Shown piece after piece: positions 58,165 through 64,000 of a DNA stretch of 64,000 nt (position 1 is the stretch's first letter; each line of letters starts with the position of its first letter). The stretch comes from Deltaproteobacteria bacterium RIFCSPHIGHO2_02_FULL_44_16 (GTDB lineage: Bacteria > UBA10199 > 2-02-FULL-44-16): assembly GCA_001798185.1 (NCBI GenBank), contig MGRM01000012.1, forward strand, positions 88,120 to 152,119, given 5' to 3'. The notes under the pieces are model-generated. The model did no database searches, was not told the origin of the DNA, and saw nothing but the letters and a program-made list of their open reading frames with translations. The position numbers and the translations under genes are program-made.

Positions 58165-58887
58165 TTATTTTTCGATATTTTCAAGAGATTCAATTCCATA
58201 ATTACGAAGTGTAGTTTCAGTGGTAGATCCAATCGCCAAAAATTGAAGCCGACACATTTTTTCCTGAAGACCTCTCTCCAGAATCATCTGCATAAAATGT
58301 TTCACTGCTGATGGACTGGCAAAATGAACGACGTCAAGTTTTCCCTCGTCCATAAGATGAATGAACTGCTCGTGATCAAAATCTTTGGGAAAGATGGTTT
58401 GATAGGTTTCAACAACATCGACAATCGCACCTCTTTTTTCAAGACCCTGCACAAGCATATCTCTCCCCTCTTTGGCTCGCGGAAAAAGAACACGTTTTCC
58501 TTCAAAGGAGTAATTTCGAAGTATTTCCAATAAACCCTCTGCACTTGGAGTTTCCGCAATAATCATATCGTGCACATCGAGGTCATGAAGCAGCTTTGCT
58601 GTTTCTGGTCCAACAGCTGCAACGCGACTTGAAAGATCTTTTCCACAAGGGGCATGCGGACGAGAAAAAAAACGCGCAACAGCATTTCCACTGGTGAACA
58701 AAATCCAGTGGTATTGGAAAAGAGACGCCAGCGCCTCATCAAGCGTTGCATAATGATCCGAAGGATCTGTAATTTCAATGAAAGGAATATGAAGCACTGA
58801 TGCTCCTTGGGCTTCAAATTCGCGAATTGTCTTCTCTGCTTGTTCCTGAGGGCGCGTCACCAGAATTGTTTTTCCTTTGAAGTTCAA
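58165..58887 (-). CDS. hemD: Uroporphyrinogen-III synthase
   Basis: LVTRP, FTSGNAV, AVGPETA, FASPSAV, IGSTT. Confidence 0.92.
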   Translation of the reverse strand: MNFKGKTILVTRPQEQAEKTIREFEAQGASVLHIPFIEITDPSDHYATLDEALASLFQYHWILFTSGNAVARFFSRPHAPCGKDLSSRVAAVGPETAKLLHDLDVHDMIIAETPSAEGLLEILRNYSFEGKRVLFPRAKEGRDMLVQGLEKRGAIVDVVETYQTIFPKDFDHEQFIHLMDEGKLDVVHFASPSAVKHFMQMILERGLQEKMCRLQFLAIGSTTETTLRNYGIESLENIEK

Positions 58888-58910
58888 CTAATCTCCTTCC
58901 AAATTTCCGC

Positions 58911-58937
58911 GCAACTGTTTTAGAAGTTCATCGATAA
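58911..58937 (+). promoter_or_regulatory. Putative alternative-sigma promoter GCAAC-N16-CGATAA
   Basis: Exact motif upstream of the 58987 gene. Confidence 0.6.
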
Positions 58938-58986
58938 GTACAAAGACATACACCATGCACAAATTCAAGTAACTAAAGGAGGCTTT

Positions 58987-59397
58987 ATGGCAGAAACAAT
59001 ATTACAATTTTCCCCAGCAGTAAAAGCAACCGAAGCAGAAGCAACTCGCTGGGAGCAATCGCCCAGACTTCTACGAACAAGTAATACAGTGGGAGAACCA
59101 GATCGATACAGCGCAGATATTCCTTTTCCCAAAAAATTAAGTACTATTCATTGTTGGCGCTCTCCTTCAACAGCGCCTGAGAAAATGAACACCGTTGTAT
59201 GTAGCATTAGTCCTCAAGATAAAAGTGAAAGCTTACAGCTCAGGTTTGAATATGAGAAAGGTAAAAATTATCCAGTTACCGACAACATTCGTTGGGGTGA
59301 TTTTGATAATGATGGTGATATTGACCTCGCATTTATGCTCCAAATGCATGACGCTTCCAGACAACTTTACGTATGGCATAACGTCACAAAAAAATAG
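58987..59397 (+). CDS. Hypothetical protein with an FG-GAP/VCBS-like motif
   Basis: WGDFDNDGDIDLA..VWHN; AAGGAGG RBS. Confidence 0.7.
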   Translation: MAETILQFSPAVKATEAEATRWEQSPRLLRTSNTVGEPDRYSADIPFPKKLSTIHCWRSPSTAPEKMNTVVCSISPQDKSESLQLRFEYEKGKNYPVTDNIRWGDFDNDGDIDLAFMLQMHDASRQLYVWHNVTKK

Positions 59398-59408
59398 GGA
59401 GTGACAGT

Positions 59409-60542
59409 TTAACGCGTCGCCAAATAGTGTCCAAGAAGTGGGTCCGAAATACGATAGCCTTTTTCAAGTTCATACTCGATCAGACCTCGATCAAGAAGTT
59501 TCTTCATGATTTTTCCAACACTCGATTTTGAAGTGTTGACCAATTTCAAAAACATTTCTGAATGCGGCTCCAAGGTAAAGCGCTGTCTCGCAAGAGCACT
59601 CATCACACCACACTCTTTCTCTGTGTAACTCTGAAGCAAATACGCATAGCTCTGTTTGCTTTCGACCATTTTATCCAATTCCTGTTTCAAGTGTCCTATC
59701 GTGAATGTCGTTCCTGGAGCAATATTCTCAAGAAGCCATGCTCCAAACTCACAAATAGCATTTGGAACATCGCAAAGAGTTTCGAGGATCCATTCCATTT
59801 CTTCTTGATGAAGAAGAATCTTTTTTGGTTTCATTCGCTCGCGGAAATAGACAAGCCAATCTTGAAGAGGAATAGGGCCCAAATGAACTTCATCACCATA
59901 GTGAAAAAGAGGAGCATGTGCATCTTGAAACATAAGCGTCAGCAAATGACGCTTTGAACCGAGTATAAAAACCGCAGTATCCCCAAGTTCCTGAAGAAGA
60001 CTTCGAAAGAGAGCTTCTGCTTCAGGAACAAAAGTAATATCAGGAAACTCATCCAAAATAATCATTGTGGGATATTTACGAGAAAGCTCTTTGACAGTTT
60101 CCATAAAGTGCAGCATTTCTCCTTTTGCTTCTTTTGTTTTGGATATGAGTGACAGTGATGGCTGACCCGTTACGGAATCCATTTCTACTTGCAATGAAAG
60201 TCCGCGCAGATAATCTCCAACATCTCTCAGAAGCGTTTTCACAGGAAAGCGTTGAGAAAGAGCAAAAGAAACACCGTGGTGAAATCTTTTTGCGATGGAT
60301 TCAAGACTTTGAACTCCCATCAGATCAAAAAAAAGAACAAGATGACGACGACTTAAGGAAAAAAAGGCAGTTCCAATGACATTTTTCACCAGAGATGTTT
60401 TTCCATACCGTCGTGGAGCAAAAACAATGGTGCGTTTTTTAGCTTTCGCTCGCTTGAGCAAATCAGTTTGCTCCAACTTTCTATCGCAAAGATCATCTGT
60501 TTCAATAAGGACATCGTATTTAAAATTCTTGTTTGGTTTCAT
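59409..60542 (-). CDS. Archaeal-type/STAND-like P-loop ATPase with C-terminal wHTH
   Basis: APRRYGKTS, ILDEF, ILGS, LLDRGLI..YRISDPLL. Confidence 0.8.
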   Translation of the reverse strand: MKPNKNFKYDVLIETDDLCDRKLEQTDLLKRAKAKKRTIVFAPRRYGKTSLVKNVIGTAFFSLSRRHLVLFFDLMGVQSLESIAKRFHHGVSFALSQRFPVKTLLRDVGDYLRGLSLQVEMDSVTGQPSLSLISKTKEAKGEMLHFMETVKELSRKYPTMIILDEFPDITFVPEAEALFRSLLQELGDTAVFILGSKRHLLTLMFQDAHAPLFHYGDEVHLGPIPLQDWLVYFRERMKPKKILLHQEEMEWILETLCDVPNAICEFGAWLLENIAPGTTFTIGHLKQELDKMVESKQSYAYLLQSYTEKECGVMSALARQRFTLEPHSEMFLKLVNTSKSSVGKIMKKLLDRGLIEYELEKGYRISDPLLGHYLATR

Positions 60543-60574
60543 GTTCTTTTTGTAACAAAAAGGAAGCTATTTGT

Positions 60575-60619
60575 CCACTAAAAGTGGTCCACTTTTAATG
60601 GACCACTAAAAGTGGTCCA
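60575..60619. promoter_or_regulatory. Triple palindromic operator with a 14-bp period
   Basis: CCACTAAAAGTGGT CCACTTTTAATGGA CCACTAAAAGTGGT CCA. Confidence 0.6.
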
Positions 60620-60670
60620 ATTCATCAAGATTTTACAAAGCAACTTTTCTGGTGAATTTCTGAAGAAATA

Positions 60671-61798
60671 TCACCGAAACTTTTTCAGGAAATAAAAAAG
60701 CAGAGGATCAGCAATACAGAATCCTTCTTCATTCCTTTCAATCACTGATTTATCAAGAAAGGAAGAAATGGTAAGACTTATAGTTCGCGCCGTAGAATGT
60801 ATCTCTTTTAAAAAAACCTGGCTCGTAGGATGTTTGATCGGTCCAAATTTTGCCAAAGCAACAAGAATCTCTTCTTCTTTTTCGGAAAAATGTGAAAGCC
60901 ACTCTTCAAAACGACTTCGACGTTTTTCAAGTACATGATCAATGGATTGGAAAATATCCTGTGGTTCAATCTTTTTTCGTTCGTGGTTTTCACAAAGATC
61001 AGCACAAACAATATTGATCGATTCTGGAATACGGAAAAGAGCATCCTGAAGTTCTCGTGCTGTTGGAAAATCGATCTTAAGTTTTCGGAAGTGAAAACGC
61101 TCTGAAATATATTGATGATAGACTTCATACGCAATCTTTTCAAATTCAAGATCTTCACCAAATGATGCGAGGGGAGCATTTGGTTTTGCAAAAAGTTGCG
61201 AAAGAATATGTTTTTTTGATCCCATCAGAATAAGCGGGATTTTTCGCAATTCCTGAAATGCTTGTCGAAACAGTCCCTGCGCTTCCGGTATAAGAGCAAT
61301 ATCCTGAAATTCATCCAGAACAAGAAGAACTGACATGTTCTTTGAAATTTTTTTATTGATAATAGTAAAGATTTCAAGAAATGAAATTGATTTTTTATCT
61401 CGTGAGATTCCAAGTGAAAGCGTTGGCGATCCCGTAAGTGAATCAAAACTCACTTCGGGCCTTAATTGTGACAAAAACTGCTTTGTCAACGCCACAAGAT
61501 TTTTTGCCGGAAAGGCAGAACTAAAAGCGGATTCAAAACCGATCTGTATTCTTTGATGAATGGATTCAAGACTCTTGACCTCCATTAAATCGACAAAAAG
61601 GGCAAAGCTTTTGGAATGTTTTTTTTGAAAATAGGGAATCACAACATTTTTGACAAGAGAGGTTTTTCCAGTATTTCGCGCACCACAAACCACAAATTTC
61701 TTCTTTTGGAGCACTCCTTGTTGGAGCATTTTCTTTTCTCTCTCGAGATTACAGATATTTTCTTCATCCAAAAGTGTATCGTAAAAAAACCCTTTCAT
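60671..61798 (-). CDS. Paralogous P-loop ATPase with C-terminal wHTH
   Basis: GARNTGKTS, VLDEFQDI, LMGSKKH, IADPLL. Confidence 0.8.
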   Translation of the reverse strand: MKGFFYDTLLDEENICNLEREKKMLQQGVLQKKKFVVCGARNTGKTSLVKNVVIPYFQKKHSKSFALFVDLMEVKSLESIHQRIQIGFESAFSSAFPAKNLVALTKQFLSQLRPEVSFDSLTGSPTLSLGISRDKKSISFLEIFTIINKKISKNMSVLLVLDEFQDIALIPEAQGLFRQAFQELRKIPLILMGSKKHILSQLFAKPNAPLASFGEDLEFEKIAYEVYHQYISERFHFRKLKIDFPTARELQDALFRIPESINIVCADLCENHERKKIEPQDIFQSIDHVLEKRRSRFEEWLSHFSEKEEEILVALAKFGPIKHPTSQVFLKEIHSTARTISLTISSFLDKSVIERNEEGFCIADPLLFYFLKKFR

Positions 61799-61904
61799 AG
61801 AAACCTCCCCCTTGAAAATTTTATACTGTTAGTATAATACAAAAAGTATAATATCAAGAGTATCTTTGTAGAAAATGGGGTTGCTTCAAGTAAAGATATT
61901 CAAA

Positions 61905-61931
61905 GCAACTTTCTGACGTTAGCGTCGAGAC
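61905..61931 (+). promoter_or_regulatory. Putative alternative-sigma promoter GCAAC-N16-CGAGAC
   Basis: Variant of the motif, upstream of the 61959 gene. Confidence 0.45.
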
Positions 61932-61958
61932 AATAAAAGCAAAACAAAGGAGATTTTT

Positions 61959-63224
61959 ATGCGTGCAATTGGTGACAGCACAATAGTTGTAAGAGGACCT
62001 CAGATAGGAGAACATATGATCTTTTTACCTTCTGCGGGACAAAAAGTTTCACAGCACGAGATAACAGCTTCTCTTCGAGAAGCTATTCCAACGCTCAGTA
62101 CTTCTGAAGCCTTGAGCATTGTAGAAGCAATTGATCATGAAGAAGGAGTTGGCCAAGGCGATGGTTATTTAACGATAAAGAACAATTCATCGATAAACAA
62201 TTTTCGAAATCTCGTCGAACTTCGACTCTGCACATTCTCCGATGAAGCTTATGATAAAAGAACTTGCCGATGGAGTGATATTTCCGCAGTTGAACAGACT
62301 CTACGTCAAAAACTGATTGATCCACATCTCGTCGATGAAGAGCCTCTGACAACTTCTGAGCTTGCTCAAAAAATTGTTCAACGAGCAAAATTTCTTGGCC
62401 ATGAACCAAAATTACTTGGCAATGAAATAACTCTTCATGAAGCGCATCAAATAGCGGTCGCTGTCCAACAAGAAGAAGATTCCATAGACGGACTCATTAC
62501 TCCTCGCTCTTCCGATGCAGCGTCCAAAGCACAATTGCGAGATCTCATTACTGCTCGACTTCCAATGTATGCAGGAAATGAAAACATTATTACTGCCCTG
62601 TCAGCTGCACTGGATCCTTCTATTGCTTTGTACATCCCCAATGAAAATCAAATTGAAGATTCGGATCTACCACCTCTCTATGTCGGAGCGACAATGGTTA
62701 TGCCCACCGATACAGAAGGACTTCTGCAACTCATTACAGTACTCCAGGCGCAAGGAGGAAGGACTGCAGCGATTTCCCTGGGAGGGTTAAGATCCATGTT
62801 AATCGGAAGCACAGAAGCGCTTGCTCGCGCACCGAGGGAATTTTTTTATGCTCTTGGACAAGCTCTCGTATATGCGCGCAGAATTCATCCTGATCAAGCA
62901 TTTGCCAGCTTTGTTACAGCAACTTCTTACCGCATCAGCACACTTCTTCCTTCAACATCTTACGGTTCGATAACACAACCGAAACTTTTAGCACGGTTAG
63001 TAAGCCTTTCAGCCCTTACTCTTCGTGCGGAAATGACAAATATAATGTTGAGAGGGCAAGCAGTTACACCGATTGTTCTTATCAATGCTCAGCAAGTCAA
63101 TCAACAAGTGGCAAATAGTACCGGGATACCATTAGCACGCGCTGCGGTTTTGGTCACGGGAGCTTTTATATTCGGCTTTGGAATTGGTGCTACTGTTTGT
63201 TATTTCAACAGAGATGACGAATAA
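61959..63224 (+). CDS. Orphan protein with an internal repeat and C-terminal TM helix
   Basis: AAGGAG RBS; hydrophobic C-terminus AAVLVTGAFIFGFGIGATVCYF. Confidence 0.7.
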   Translation: MRAIGDSTIVVRGPQIGEHMIFLPSAGQKVSQHEITASLREAIPTLSTSEALSIVEAIDHEEGVGQGDGYLTIKNNSSINNFRNLVELRLCTFSDEAYDKRTCRWSDISAVEQTLRQKLIDPHLVDEEPLTTSELAQKIVQRAKFLGHEPKLLGNEITLHEAHQIAVAVQQEEDSIDGLITPRSSDAASKAQLRDLITARLPMYAGNENIITALSAALDPSIALYIPNENQIEDSDLPPLYVGATMVMPTDTEGLLQLITVLQAQGGRTAAISLGGLRSMLIGSTEALARAPREFFYALGQALVYARRIHPDQAFASFVTATSYRISTLLPSTSYGSITQPKLLARLVSLSALTLRAEMTNIMLRGQAVTPIVLINAQQVNQQVANSTGIPLARAAVLVTGAFIFGFGIGATVCYFNRDDE

Positions 63225-64000
63225 GTTTCTCACCAGCTTCTTTCCCAAGTTCTTTTGCTTTCGATTTCTTTCCCTTTTTCTGAACTGAGAAAAATTTTTC
63301 CCCTTTGGCACCAGCGAGAAAAGCGTTCAAAAGAATTTCATCTCCTTGCACTCGCGCATAAGCACCAACGGGAGTGTGGCAGTCGCCACCGATGGCTTGA
63401 AGTAAAGCTCGTTCGGCTTCGGTTGCAATCCAGGTCTCTTCGTCGTTAAAAAGTTTTTGAAGAACTCTTATCAGTGCTTGATCATTCTCTCGAGTTTCAA
63501 GTGCAAGCGTTCCTTGCCCGATGGCCGGAATGAAACGAAAAGTTTCAAGGTATTCAAAATGCACGATATGCTGGCTGCTGTGAAAGTTGTTAAGAATGTC
63601 ATCGCGAGCCCGAAGGGCGTGGCGATCTCCTGAAAGCACTGTCTGCATGAGATTGCTTCGTCCCCTTCGTTTCTTCTCAGGGTCCTCGCAATGACCTTCA
63701 GACTCTAATATTCCAAGCCGCTTGAGTCCTGCTGCCGCAAGAACAATGGCATCAAACTCTCCTGCTTCAAGTTTTTTAAGTCGGGTATCGACATTGCCGC
63801 GCATCGGAACAATTTCAAGATCAGGGCGCAGTCGCTGTAACTGAATCCGCCGGCGAGGACTCGATGTTCCGAGCTTCGCTCCCTGAGGCAACATCGGTAG
63901 GGGCACACGGCCGTGCGCCCCTACATCAGTAGGGCCACATACTATCACGACATCCCTTGCATCCTCACGCTTAGGTGTGCACGCAATTGTCAGTCCTTTT
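63205..64000 (-). CDS. hemC: Hydroxymethylbilane synthase, 5' end beyond the window
   Basis: REDARD, GTSSPRR, RGNVDTRL, LAAAGLKRL, PAIGQGTL, GGDCHTPVG. Confidence 0.95.
   Translation of the reverse strand, partial: KGLTIACTPKREDARDVVIVCGPTDVGAHGRVPLPMLPQGAKLGTSSPRRRIQLQRLRPDLEIVPMRGNVDTRLKKLEAGEFDAIVLAAAGLKRLGILESEGHCEDPEKKRRGRSNLMQTVLSGDRHALRARDDILNNFHSSQHIVHFEYLETFRFIPAIGQGTLALETRENDQALIRVLQKLFNDEETWIATEAERALLQAIGGDCHTPVGAYARVQGDEILLNAFLAGAKGEKFFSVQKKGKKSKAKELGKEAGEKLIRHLC
63597..63695. repeat. Palindromic element (family B), in frame inside hemC
   Basis: TGTCATCGCGAGCCCGAAGGGCGTGGCGATCT...CCTCGCAATGAC. Confidence 0.9.
63897..63924. repeat. GTAG-type REP, in frame inside hemC
   Basis: GTAGGGGCACACGGCCGTGCGCCCCTAC encodes VGAHGRVPL. 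Confidence 0.8.

Noticed and set aside
60640..60666. GCAAC followed by a T-tract, resembling the alternative-sigma motif
   Set aside because: No CGATAA-like box at 16-17 bp and no co-oriented gene downstream

Overview
Bacterial chromosomal window with a deltaproteobacterial-like look (an inference from gene content only). The housekeeping backbone holds uvrA, hpt-pyrF-pyrE, tRNA-Leu and tRNA-Cys, ssb, trxB, comM/yifB, addAB-like genes, dksA, tsaC, the pur genes (purE, D, H, F, L, Q, S, B), mlaDFE, alr, pgi, hemD and a partial hemC. Orphan genes and toxin-antitoxin-like modules are interspersed. The best candidate for an undescribed system is a co-oriented cluster at 10920-17126. It encodes an IDO-like heme dioxygenase, a beta-propeller lipoprotein, a ComQ-like isoprenyl-synthase-fold protein, four tandem ~66-aa NHLP-clan precursor-like peptides, and a fusion of two cNMP-binding domains, an RRE domain and an M50 membrane protease. 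This suggests a prenylated RiPP or signal-peptide pathway gated by a cyclic nucleotide. Other highlights: (1) a GCAAC-N16/17-CGATAA promoter-like motif in front of eight orphan or uncharacterised genes; (2) many GTCAT...ATGAC palindromic elements, some inserted in frame in UvrA, PurH and HemC; (3) a RAYT transposase with its own REPs; (4) two families of ~150-bp structured repeats; (5) a 42-bp duplication of the purF 3' end bracketing a two-gene islet; (6) a pentanucleotide SSR in the 5' end of an orphan gene. All calls come from reading motifs by eye; no database search was run.
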